A stretch of DNA of 54,189 bases, filler included, from Catajapyx aquilonaris (lineage: Eukaryota): NCBI GenBank assembly GCA_000934665.2. It is 3 parts of 3 records of this genome, joined end to end, with 100 filler letters (N's around TTAATTAATTAA, not from the genome) between each part and the next. Parts side by side here need not be neighbours in the genome. Positions count along the whole stretch, not along the records: positions 1 to 18,053 come from KZ539597.1; positions 18,154 to 36,124 come from JYFJ02006813.1; 1 more part is not named here. One strand, 5' to 3'. This document shows, piece by piece, positions 14,501 to 26,675 of the stretch (its first letter is position 1; each line of letters starts with the position of its first letter). The translations under genes were made by a program, and so were the position numbers. The notes beneath the pieces are model-generated. The model did not search any database, had not been told where the DNA came from, and was given only the letters and a program-made list of their open reading frames with translations.

Positions 14501-17500
14501 ATACGTGCACTGACTGATGTGTATACATTTTACATGGTCTCTGACAGCAGACCAGTTCGTGGCACTGCGTGATTTAGACTACTTTTCACTGTTCCAGTTC
14601 TAAAACACAGGTACACAATTTGCCTTACGAATGTTTTTAAATATTCACCCATTATTTTCCAAAAGCATGGCGCTGTACCTTTTACACTTGTAAGTTACAA
14701 CAATATTGCTAATTTCAGGCCGTAAAGGAACGAAAGCTCCTAATTAGCGATGAATTATATCCATTGCTCTGAAAAGAATACCAAAGGTCGGCAAAGAGTG
14801 GAGAAAAGCGAGAGGAAGGCCCTTACAGAAAGTTTGTTAATTAAATTCAGAAGGAATGGGATGAATATTTGAAAACGTTTATACGACTCTTGGAACCGGA
14901 ATCATCTTGGCCTATACGTGCATTCGCCATTCTTGCTAATCACTAAAGTCGCTTCCACCGTGCCGCTTTCCCGATTTCATTTGTATCGAATGACTAACAA
15001 GCAAGCGATTGTCCAGACTGGTGCTTATGTTAAGACTGTATGTAGGACATGCTAATATTATGTTCATTTTGCAGCGATAATTTTTATAATTTTTGACATT
15101 CATTTTGTTGTGGTTTTTCCAATGTGACATGTGACATGTGCCATGTGACATTTTCTTGCTTCCTGCTTATTTGCAGTCATTAGCACCTAGCCAGTTTTTT
15201 GACCCCCGCTGATTCCTCCCACGTGAAAAACTCTGTCCAACTCTCATCCGCGAAGGTACAGGTTGTTCCACTCTATCTCTCACTTCCTTCCCCCTCCAAG
15301 CTCGTCGTCCTAAGCCGTCAGAAGCAATCTGTGGCTCTCTGATGGAGGGGTTAAGTGGCGCATTTTGTATGGTTGAGCCCCGGTAACTGCTCCCTGCTTC
15401 TAACGAGTCCAACTTTGGAAATAACTTCCCCTCCTTTTTCCTTCCTTGGTCAACCCCCCCCNTTCTCCAATATTTCCACCAAGCTGAAAAAGGATCCAGC
15501 TGAGGCCAATTGGGCTCTTCTTTTTATTGTGGGGTGGTTTCTTGGTTCCGTGGGGTGGGTGGTTGGGGGAAGAAAAAAAGGGAAGGAAGGAAGGGATTGG
15601 GGAGGGGATGTTGCGGAGGAGGAAATTGGCCTATTTCACCTTACTTGGCTCCGCGTAAGATTTCCCATCATGCAAAGTTGCAGGTTGGCTGACGAGAGAG
15701 AATCTCATCTCACAGGAGAAGTAAGGTGCGAGTGCGCTAAATTAGTTCGCTGCCACCTTCACTAAATGCGACAAAAGGGGAGGGGGAAGGTGTGGAGGAA
15801 AATGGGGGAGGATTTACAGGCTCTTTTTACTGCCTGTGCCGAGTTAAGGAATGATGCGATGTTGGCACTGCTGGGTTGATGCGAGTGAAATTTTTTTTCT
15901 GAGAAAAAAAAATGTGTTTTTGCCAACATGACATTGTGCAGGTCAATTGGACGGTGTTATGCAATAATGTGTCAACCCACAAAAATGTCAATATTGAAGC
16001 TCAGGAACATATACCCAAAGGATCGTACTTCAATCAGGTAAAATCAAGCTGGCGAAATCTGCATACTTCTGACATAAATGGCCGAAAACACCGAAAGTCA
16101 TTTTTCTCAAAACTGGTCTCATGTGGGTTGACACATTATTGCATAACACTGTCCAATTTCATCACACAAAAATTCAGCGAGACTTGTGTCCACATCAGTA
16201 TAGCGAAAAATCTAATTTTGTACACTATATCAACGTACATAAATTTTAATACGAACACTTTAGACCAGTGGATTTCGCCATTCTACATCCATTGATTACC
16301 ATTCATGTCTGTTTTGTCATATACCCGATATGTTAATATTAACAAGGTTTAAACTATCTGCTCCCGATATCAGAATGCTTCCCGACTCTTAAGTTGACAT
16401 ACACATGTCACAGCCAAGTTGCATCCAAGGCCAAACTATAGACCAGCAAACTAATAGCCTTCCATTGATCTGAAACCGTGTGCATGATCCCGCTATTTCC
16501 CAACCGTGGTCTGGAACCATTGTCGTTTTTTTTTTTTATTGGACTCGGCTATTGGCCGACACTGGAAACAAATGGAAGAAAATTAATTCATTTGACTCTC
16601 ATGTAACCGGTCGTAATATAATCTCTCGATCATCAGCATTGCATGTCTTATTAAAAGGGTGAGGTATCGAGCGGACTGGGCGTTTTGTTTACAAGAGGGA
16701 CGCTACAATAGTCGTACTCATTAATCACTCAAGTGTCCTTGAATTTAGTACAGGATGATCCTTGAAGTTCGACAACCTTATGCGGATCTGATGCGTACAG
16801 TGCGGTCTATCTGCAGGAGGTGGGCTAAATCCCGTATCATCCATCGCCTTTCTCAGACTGTCGTCTTTATCGCTCTATCACCTCCTCTTTTCACCCCCCT
16901 CTAACGTTTTTTTTTTCTCTCCACAAGTTCTTTCAAACTTGGGGAGCTTCATTATGTTGGTGCAAAGTGCCGGAGAAATCCGAGCTGGCAGATTCGCGTT
17001 ACCTGAACTAACGACTTCGTTATTGGGCCCAAGACTGGCATCATAACATTTTCAAGGACGTCGGTTTCGGGTTTTAGATTCGTATTTTCTTACTTCCCCA
17101 GCCACTTTTTCCCCCCCTCTCCTCCTCCCTCCCACAGGATTTTAAAAAAAGAAGCTGAAGCCAATAAGGTGGATTCAAAACTCGAGGCCAATTTTTGCGC
17201 ACAGTGTTATATCTCATGTATTCATCCGGTTTTATTTACTGTGCTCATGAATAGTAATTGAACCATTAGGATATCCAGTTTTTGGTACACTCTGTACCAA
17301 AAAATTTCAAATGTGAACCGCCCGTCGAATATTTTTTTGATAGATAGATTTATTAGGTGTTCTGCGGACATGTAGCATATTTGGGAAGGGGGGCTCTGCG
17401 GAGAGATCGGTTCGGGCTTGGTCGGTCGTCGTCGGTTAGGATTCGTGGGCGCCGCCGCCGTCGGCAGGTGGGTTAAGGGGGTGGTGTGAGGGACAGGGGG

Positions 17501-17961
17501 GATATGGGAAGTGGGTATATGGGGGGTGGGGGGTGGGGGGGCGGCAGTGGGCCAAGTAGGTAGCTGGGGCAAAGGGGCAAAGCGGGCTGGAGGCTGCGCA
17601 TCAGGAAGAGAAAGGCAGCGGGGTAGTTAGTTAGTTTAGTGGGGCAGGCAGTGCGAGCCATGCTGGTGGCCCACTCACCGGTGCCAACGGAGTCCAGCAG
17701 CACGAGGGTGCCACGCGGTTCTTTCAGAGGCTGACCGGTGAGTTGCAGTGGACACACAGGTTCGAGGTCATCTTCCACGGGGGGGCCGCAGGATCGATGC
17801 GGTCGATGCTCGGGCGTCGCAAGCGTCGCTGACGGTGAGATGGGTTTGCTTCAGGGAGGGGTCAAGGCCAGGACGCAACAGCTCATTTGCAAAAGCTTCC
17901 GGGTTTGGTATACACACACACACACCGGTCAGTGTTCCAATCCGGAGGCTTATTAGCAACG

Positions 17962-17999
<38 letters not shown>

Positions 18000-18053
18000 C
18001 TAATCGGATTACATCCTCAGAAAGTTTTCCGGGGAGGGAGAGAGAGCGCTGGA

Positions 18054-18153
18054 NNNNNNNNNNNNNNNNNNNNNNNNNNNNNNNNNNNNNNNNNNNNTTA
18101 ATTAATTAANNNNNNNNNNNNNNNNNNNNNNNNNNNNNNNNNNNNNNNNNNNN
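18054..18153. other. Scaffolding gap with artificial TTAATTAATTAA linker
   Basis: 44 N + TTAATTAATTAA (18098-18109) + 44 N; the same construct occurs at 36125-36224. Confidence 0.95.
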
Positions 18154-18331
18154 GAACTGATATCTTAAAACGGAATATGCCAAAAAAATCCAAAAAATAT
18201 GGGCGAATTTATTATGTAGTTTCCAAAATGAAGGCTAGTTCCCCATTGTAGCACAAGATTTATTTATTTAATCAGTATTTTCCTGCCAGAATTATACATA
18301 CCCAAACGGTTTATTTCGTTGATTTTTTCAG

Positions 18332-18921
18332 GGATTGCTGACGGAGCGGATCTTCCCTCTGGCCAAGTGACACTTCCGACACTCCCACCACTTACACTCC
18401 CACCAATGACACTTCCGACCCTACCGACACTTCCGTCTCTTCCGGCCCTACCCACCAATGGACCCAAATCCACTGATGCGAGCGAGACACCAGAATGTAC
18501 CGAAACTTCACAAACCTTCAGCATCATGGGAACACACCCGGAAAGAACCGCTGCTACCAGCACGGAAGGAAGCTCTGAGGAAAATACGACTTCATCGACG
18601 ACAGCGAATGGTAATAAGGGAAAGAACAATAAAGGGGGCAAGGGAAAGAAGAACAATAAAGAAAAGAAGGTAAAGAAGAACAATAATGGGGGCAAGGTAA
18701 AGAAGAACAATAATGAAAATAAGGGAAAGAGGAACAATAATGACAATAAGGGAAAGAAAAACAAGGTAAAGAAGAACAGTAATGGGCCTCAGAAAGCCCA
18801 AACCAGAGGTAATGCAGGTAAAAATAATGGGGGAAAGAAGAAGCAGGAGAATAAGCGGGGGAATAAGGGTGAAAAAGTTATTGACGACAATTACGACGAT
18901 TACATTCCATGTGACTCATGA
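18332..18921 (+). CDS. Secreted cationic prepro-protein family, copy A; last exon only (Pro/Thr block, Lys/Asn block, acidic Tyr/Cys tail)
   Basis: TTTCAG acceptor at 18331 is phase 1 as in the paralogs. The ORF reads GIADGADLPSGQVTLPTLPP...KGKNNKGGKGKKNN...DDNYDDYIPCDS. The 3' UTR is homologous to copies B-D. Upstream exons are presumably lost in the gap. Confidence 0.8.
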
Positions 18922-20073
18922 TTTCTTATTATTGCTATTGCGCTGTCCAAGTAATCCCTGGCTGTCCTACGTACATCTGACGGACAATGGCGCGTAATTA
19001 GGGAGACTGCAGAGCACGAGTTGCATAATATTCGAAAATATGTGGAATGGTCACGTGCCAACTTATTTGTTGTGTGAACAACTGGGTTGCGCTTCCAGGT
19101 TGCGCCTGTTGTAATTGTTGTCTCCAACTAAAGTGTCATAAAAAAAACATGTCACGACAATATTGTATTATCCCTTTTCTCTACACGTCTCACATTTCTG
19201 AACTCACAATTATTTTTGAACGAATGACCATTTAAGGCATGTACTGGTCTCATCCACAATAAAATTAGTCCCAAATAAATATTACTATATGCTGCATACA
19301 TGTTGACACTTTCTTTCCTTCTGTAACTTGAATCATAATCACCACCTGAGGTTCCTTGTTCTGCGCGACAGTTGCCCTGCTTGTAGTGTAAGGGAAGAAT
19401 GCATAATTCTGCATCTCAAGTCAACTGAGGTGTTCCTTCCTCGTTTCTTTTACCGTACTCCTCTCACGAACACTTTTAAATGCATTAAAACATTCGCTAT
19501 AGGTGCACTTTTGGAACAGCCAATCAAAATGTTACATTACGCAGAGGTAAAAGGTCCTGGAGACGAGAGGCAGCTTTTTCCCCCCCATCAGTTCCGACGG
19601 TAACTAGCAATAAATTGCTTACGATTGTTGTGATTCCTACACGCTTCTTGAAACGTGACCTCGTGCATTGTTGTAGTGGTCGAAGTTATTGCTTCAGGAA
19701 CTCAAGGACAAGAGCAAAGAGGGTCCCCAGTTGAAGAGGACAGAGACATAAGGAAAGAATAGGAGTTTTGCTGCATTGTTTACCTTGGTTTATTATTACA
19801 ACCTTAGTACAAGTCAGCTATATTGAACATGCTGTTAATGCGCAGACAACTTTCTCCAATTCACCGACCACCGTGTCTAATATCACGTAATCTCGTTAAC
19901 TACGTAACCAAGGGCGGAAATTCATTCAGAATCTGGGACAATAACAACATGACGTTAGACTATGTTTGATTTGCTACTTTACAACGTGAGCCAGCACTCA
20001 TTTATTGAATAGGATGTCATTTTTGATCCGAAAATAGAGCAGAGACGCGCGTCCCATGCCTCATAGAAAATAT

Positions 20074-20125
20074 ATTGACAGGCGATGTACTGGAAGTGTA
20101 TTAACAGCCAGGTACAAAACTGTGG
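20074..20125 (+). promoter_or_regulatory. Conserved upstream motif of the prepro-protein family (copy B instance)
   Basis: ATTGACAGGCGATGT[A/C]CTGGAAGTG...TACAAAACTGTGGG lies about 200 bp upstream of the ATG in B, C (about 23288) and D (about 26450), and is split in E (about 29378 and 29585). Regulatory function is inferred. Confidence 0.5.
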
Positions 20126-20292
20126 GAGAATGCAGGGTTGCGTGCTTCGTTCGCACGAGTCCGTCACAGGAAGGACGGATAGTGACGATGGCGGATGCTT
20201 CGAGATGGGTTGAAATACCGGCTCGGTCTCTGGTTCTCCCATACACCAAATCTGGACCAGCAGAGTCGGACAAGACAGGGTCCATAGAAAGG

Positions 20293-22140
20293 ATGATGAT
20301 GAGGTTCTTGCCAATATCTCTCCTGGTCCTCTTGGTCATCTTCACCCAAGCACCTGTTAGTATCACTACCTCCATGGTATTATTATGTGCTGAGTGTCTA
20401 TAATATCAACCTGTGTTTCAGGCTGCTCCACTGGCAGATCTGCACGAAATAAGCAATGCGCAAAAGATCGAGTGCCAAGGTACTGTACGGTATACTTGTA
20501 CATTATACGAAAAGGTTTTTTAAGGCTATGATAAAATTTAGAGATTCATAAACATGAAAGTGGATAATTTGAACCAAAGTGTGTCTTCCGGCAGCCTTCT
20601 AATGGCTCTGAAATATTAAATGAATTATTGCTCAATCACACAGCACAGAATAAATAGATTCCCAATTTCTCTTACTATTTCAGGTGAAGCATGCAGCAAT
20701 GCGGTGAGTAACATTCAATATTACTGGGCGACTAATATTGTTTCAAAATATTACGTCAGGACTTGTGTGTAAAATCTCCCTCGAGTATATACGGAATGTT
20801 TTAGTAATATTTAAAACCAATAATTATTCTAGAGCAATTATTTTGAAGGTTAGAAATGACATGGCATTTTGTACACTTAATCCGAAGAATTATCAAAGAA
20901 AAATGTGAGATTTTGGAAAGTTGTTTGCCGAATCTCGTCAGGTTCCTGATATTTATCCAAAAAGATTGGCTCTAACACTACAACGTCGAGTCCATGTCCA
21001 GCCATGTCATATTGAAGAGGGACCAATACTAATATTTTTATGGGCACAAACCCTTTTTAAACTATCTGGATCAATGCTTGTGAAGTGGTGTAACTCATGT
21101 GCTTCTTTTCAGGTCAAAGCCTTGGCAAAGCGAAGTGCCGCTGGAAGCAGATACAATGCAGGTAAAGTGAACGAGTACTCCTCCTATGGTGTTTACTTCA
21201 TAATTATGACACTAATGATGGGTTGCAATTTTCAATATTGTTCGTTAAGCGCAATTTTCACAAATGTTATAAGTTTAATAGTCGAGAGATATCTCCTACA
21301 TGAAATAAGTTAGTACGCACCGTTAAGTAGTGTCATTAACCTGTACAATCATGTCAGAACAGTCAGGACTGCAGCCCATTTTGCAACATATCTGATAGTC
21401 TGATGATGTAGTCTGATGATGTAGTCTGATATCTGATGATGTAGTCTGATGATGTAGTCTGATATCTGATGATGTAGTCTGATGATGTAGTCTGATATCT
21501 GATGATGTAGTCTGATGATGTAGTCTGATATCTGATGATGTAGTCTGATGATGTAGTCTGATATCTGATGATGAGTTAGGAATCATTTATCACTATTTCC
21601 GGCCAGCATCACCTGAGCCAGTTAATTTCTTCGGTAATTTCAGGGATGACAGCACCGGATCTGGCTTCTGTCCAAGTCACGACGATGGCACTTCCGGCAG
21701 TTCCTAGCACGACCTTATCCAACATGCCCGGGTCAAATGGAGCGGGATACAGCACTGGAACCATGGTAGCATTCACTGATTCGAACACAACACCGCCACG
21801 GACCGGGCAGTACACACACACCGGAACACACACGGAGGAATACCAAACCAGCACGGGTAGTACTGGGGTAACTACGGCATCGTCAAAGGCACAAAAGGGG
21901 AGCAAGGGAAAGAAAGGGACCAAGGGAAATAAGGACAAGACAGGGGGTAAGAACGATAAAATAAATAAGGGAAAGAAAAACAAAAATGGGGATAAAAATG
22001 CCAAGAAAAAAGAGTCTAAGGGATCCAAAAATAAAACTAAGCCAGGTAAAAATAATGGGAAGAATAAGGAGAATCAAGAGAATAAGGGGAATAAGAAATG
22101 CAACAAGAAGGGTAAAAAAGGTGACGACAATTGTGACTAA
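20293..22140 (+). CDS. Secreted cationic prepro-protein family, copy B (5 exons)
   Basis: Exons 20293-20355, 20422-20479, 20684-20703, 21113-21161, 21644-22140; all GT-AG and phase-compatible. Product: MMMRFLPISLLVLLVIFTQAP-AAPLADLHEISNAQKIECQGEACSNAVKALAKR|SAAGSRYNAGMTAPDL...KGKKGDDNCD. Confidence 0.88.
21390..21572. repeat. 33 bp intronic minisatellite built from TCTGATGATGTAG sub-repeats
   Basis: About 5.5 units in intron 4 of copy B; absent at the equivalent site in copies C and D. Confidence 0.93.
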
Positions 22141-23510
22141 TGATTTCGCAAGTGATTTCTTATTATTGCTATCGCGCTGTCCTACGCACATCTGACGGAC
22201 AATGGCGCGTAATTAGGGAGACAGCAGAGAATAACACGATGAGTTGCATAATTTGAAAATATTTGTAGTGGTCACGTGCCACTTTGTCGTGCGAACAACT
22301 GGGTTGCAACTGCTGTAAATATTGTGTCCAACTAGTAATAAAATTTGTCATGCGAAATACATTCTCTACCCACACCTCATATTAATTTTTCTCAATTTAC
22401 ATATTTTGTTGTAATTGATCGGAGCATCATTTAAAAGGCATGTAGACTACTGGATGCATCCATATAATAAAATTGGTCAAAAATAAAATGTCTATAATTA
22501 TACATTTTGATACTTTCTTGTACAACTTGAACAAATCACCTCCTGAGGTTCACTGTTCGTCGGTTGACAATTTATTATTCCAAGCGACATGCAAGGGTAC
22601 CGCAGTTGCATGTAGGCAGCCACATTTAGCACAATTTGTGACCTTCCAATTCCTACATACATGTTTATTTGTTTGTTTATTTATCTACCTATCTATTTAC
22701 ATGCCTCCTGGTTTGGTTGCATGTTATTTATTTTTAAATAATTAATCTCATCTGGGGGGGTTTTATTTTGAGCGGCTCTGAAGTCTGTAATAAAGGCTTT
22801 TATTTAAGAAGGCCTCGTTGAAATGAAATGCAATGGAACATAAGACACACTCATTTGGTGAAATAACAACTTATACATCATATTTTGTCCCCCATTAAAG
22901 TCAAGTATCAGAAACAACATTAGTGTTGTGATAATATTATGCTCTACAATCCAGCAAAATGAATGGTTTTTAAAATTAATACCTATCGTAGTTTTTGGGT
23001 GTACGATAAGACAGTTATTCTCTGAAGCCCTATGCAGTGTTCCTTGATTAAAGTTATCTTTGACAAATCAGGACGGACGTAATTCACATACATCGCGGAA
23101 AATCACCTAATCTCATTAATATACTAAGTTATGCAAACTTTGGGGAAGTGCATTCATAATATGGGACAATAACAATGTCATGCTATTTCTCCAACCTGGA
23201 CAAAAATTGCTCCGTATTGAATAGGATGGCGTTCCTAGTCACCAAATCAAACAAAGACGCGCGTACGTCCTATGCTTCATATAGAAAATTGACAGGCGAT
23301 GTCCTGGAAGTGTATTAACAGCCAGATACAAAACTGTGGGGGAATCCAGGGTTGCGTGTTCCTTTCGCACGAGTCCGTCACAGGAAGCAAGAAGGGTGAC
23401 GATGGAGGATATGCTTCGAGAGGGATTGAAATGCTGGCTCACAGTCTCGGGTTGCCTCATCACAGCCATCACATCTTGTCCAGAGTCGGACAATGTCGGG
23501 TCCAGAAAGG

Positions 23511-25150
23511 ATGATGAGGTTCCTTCCATTGTCTCTCCTGCTCCTCCTGGTCATCTTCATCACCCAGGCACCTGTCAGTAGTGCCACTGGCCCCTGGTCT
23601 TGCTGCGCACATTGTCTAAAATCAATTTGGTCTATTTCAGGCGGTTCCACTGGCAGATCTGCACGAGATAAGCAATGCGCAAAAGATCGAGTGCCAAGGT
23701 ACTGTACACACTTATCCGCATAAAACATGCTTCAAATCAGACAAAACTGGAGGGTGCTGCACGGACCGAGTAACAATATTCTAACGGCAATAATATTGTT
23801 GTTTCGCTCTTCCTGACGGCATTACAAGGAACCTTTCAAAATAAACACGTTCATGAAGATTTCAATCAAAAAATTTGGCAGAATGTTACGCAGAAAAGGA
23901 AATGCTAAATATGCAAAAATCGATTCGCCTTTCCTCCCTCAATTTCATGATTCAATTTCAATATTATACGCGAATAGAGCCAAAGTGTGTCTTATACAGC
24001 AGCCTTCCAACGATTCTGAGAAATTCACTGAATTATTGCTCAATCACATGATGATTGTACAAAATACATTTCCAAGTCTTCTTGCTATTGCAGGTGAAGA
24101 GTGCAGCAATGCGGTGAGTAACCATTTAATTCCTGGGAGGCGCTAGTGTCGGTTCAAAATATCATCTTAGTACGGCTTCTGTGGAAAATCCGGCGAGAGA
24201 AAGGTACACCTCCGACTAAGATTATAAATATTAAAAACATGAATGCTAAACCATTATTTTCCGGAGGATATAAATGACATCATTTTATAGGCTTTTAATC
24301 GGATCCAAAGAATTGTTAGTGAAAAAAAGGTTCTTCAGATCAATAATTGGTCCCAAATGATTGGCCTAAAACTACACTGAACCAGCAACGTCATTCTGAT
24401 CAAAAAAGAGCAAACAATAATTATTTCTTTATGGGTATATACAATACATATTCCTTTTTTTCAAATGTCCTTGTGAAGTGGTGCAAAATCCTGTTTGTCT
24501 CATTTCAGTTAAAGGCCTTGGTAAAGCGAAGTGCAGGGGGAAGCAGATTCGATGCAGGTAACGTTTCTTCAGCCTGTCTTTTCTCCGTAAGCTACATTAT
24601 GTCGTTGCAATTTTCAAATCTCTTTATGCTATTTCCACATGTTGTAATGAAATTGGTCACCTACATGAAATAAGTGAGTTACGTACTGTTTGTTTGTGTC
24701 ACAAACCTGTACAGTCACTTCAGACTAGTCAGGAATGTAACCCATTTTGCAACATATTTCAGTTAAGACTGAATTTGTCGGCCATTATTACCGAAGCAGT
24801 TAATTTCTTCGGTTATTTCAGGGATGACAGCACCGCCTCTGCCTAATGTCCAAGTCACGACGCCGGCACTTCCGAGCAACATCGGGTCTAATGGTCAAGC
24901 GGGTCAAGGGAAAAAACCAAAAAATAAACAGAAAAATAAGAAAAATGGGAGGAAAGGCCAGAAAAAAATGCCCAAAAATATAAATAAGAAGAATGGAAAA
25001 CAAGGGAACAAGAGAAAACCAGGGAACAAGGGAAAACCAGGGAACAAGGGAAAACAAGGGAACAAGAGAAACAATAAGGGCAAGAAGGATAAGAAAGACG
25101 AGTACGATTATTACGATTATTATGACGAATATTACGGCGGATGTTACTAA
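23511..25150 (+). CDS. Secreted cationic prepro-protein family, copy C (5 exons)
   Basis: Exons 23511-23573, 23641-23698, 24094-24113, 24509-24557, 24822-25150. Product: MMRFLPLSLLLLLVIFITQAP-AVPLADLHEISNAQKIECQGEECSNALKALVKR|SAGGSRFDAGMTAPPLP...KKDEYDYYDYYDEYYGGCY. Confidence 0.88.
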
Positions 25151-26675
25151 CGATGACTAATGATGTCTTATGACTGCTACTGCTCTGTCCTGCACACATC
25201 TGATGACAATGGTTGGTAATCGTATAACTAGCGAAAGACCAGGTACGAGTGTCGCAATTTGCTCATATTCGGATACACTTTGTTGTGCGAACAACTGGGG
25301 GGCCCATCTTGTAATAAATTGTTTTCTCCAACTACTGTATAGTTTAAAAAATCTGACATGTATAATCCCTTTTCTCTAAACGGCTCACATAATTTATGAA
25401 CTCATAATTCTGTTGTAATTTACCGAATGACCATTTAACGCTCATGTACTGTACGTTATCCGTAATAAACTCGTCAGAAATAAATTCCTACACATTATGT
25501 CGACACATTCTTGTTTTTCTGCAACTTGACCCAATGGCCTCGTGAGGTTCCTTCTGCGCAACAATTTCCATGCATTGAAAGCAAGGGTATGGATCAGTCA
25601 TAAAATTAGTAGTCACCGTTTCCTATAGTACACAGCGTTTAGTAAAAAGCTGTGTGCTATAGGAAATAGCATGCTGTATCAGTTCATATATTATTTAATG
25701 CAGGATTGCGCAACCATTTTCATATGTTATGCATTGTCTGGTTTTACTTGATTTGAACAGCTAGATCTACATAATCAGTCGTTATTATTATAGAATAGCT
25801 TCTTCCTGCAGCAAAAGGATAACAAGCTAGAATGGCTGTCACACTCATATATCTTTTTGGGGAGATACTTACGCCTCTTTTGACAACTTATGTGCCCTGC
25901 GACCTTGGTAAGTGACCTTGATTTAATATTTATTATGGAATAAATAGTGGAATCAAGTTTATGGAATTTTACAAAGGACATGTGGAAAAGTCAATAGAGC
26001 AAAAGATTTTCGCAACTCCGAAATGCCATTGCCGCAGGCCTATCAAGGCAAAATAAATCAATTGGAAAGATTCGCAACTCATTTGACGAATGGAAAACTA
26101 ATATCGTATTTAAAATTTTCTCCACTATTAAAGTCAAGAATCAGAAACAACTTCATTAGAAAATTGTGCACTATGAGTCTCTCCTGCGATAATGGGTTTC
26201 CCCCCGTATTTTGGTGTTGTGTATGAACCAGGGCCTTGTGGATGCCGAAGCTTACCCATGATTCGTCAAATTTCCAATAATTATTATACTCGATGAGGTT
26301 AGATATAAAGCACTGATGTGCCCAGTGACCTTCTATCAATATGTGGCGATTTCCCCCCCCCCTCCCCGCCCNAAATGTGGCGAATTCCCCCCCCCCCCCC
26401 CAGTGTTTTGACAGATTCAGGGCCGGTCTGTTCGGGACCACGTGAATAAATTGACAGGCGATAATAATGTCCTGGAAGTGTGTTAACAGCTTGATACAAA
26501 ACTGTGGGGAATGCAGGGTTGCGTGCTTCGTTAGCACGCGTCTGTCACAGGAAGGACGGAGAGTGACGATGGAGGATGCTTTGAGAGGGATTGAAATACT
26601 GGCTCGGTCTCTTGTTGTCTCATCACAGCCATCACATCTTGTCCAGAGTCGGACAAGATCGGGTCCATAGAAAGG

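Noticed and set aside
17380..18053. GC-rich segment with G-tracts and several ORFs
   Set aside because: Probably a repeat or retroelement fragment, but no diagnostic motif is visible.
18098..18109. TTAATTAATTAA inside N runs (also 36169-36180)
   Set aside because: Artificial scaffolding linker, not biology.
18264..18764. Hydrophobic Phe/Leu-rich minus-strand ORFs (also 21609-22028, 28216-28611, 32865-33749)
   Set aside because: Antisense shadows of the Lys/Asn- or Thr-rich plus-strand exons.
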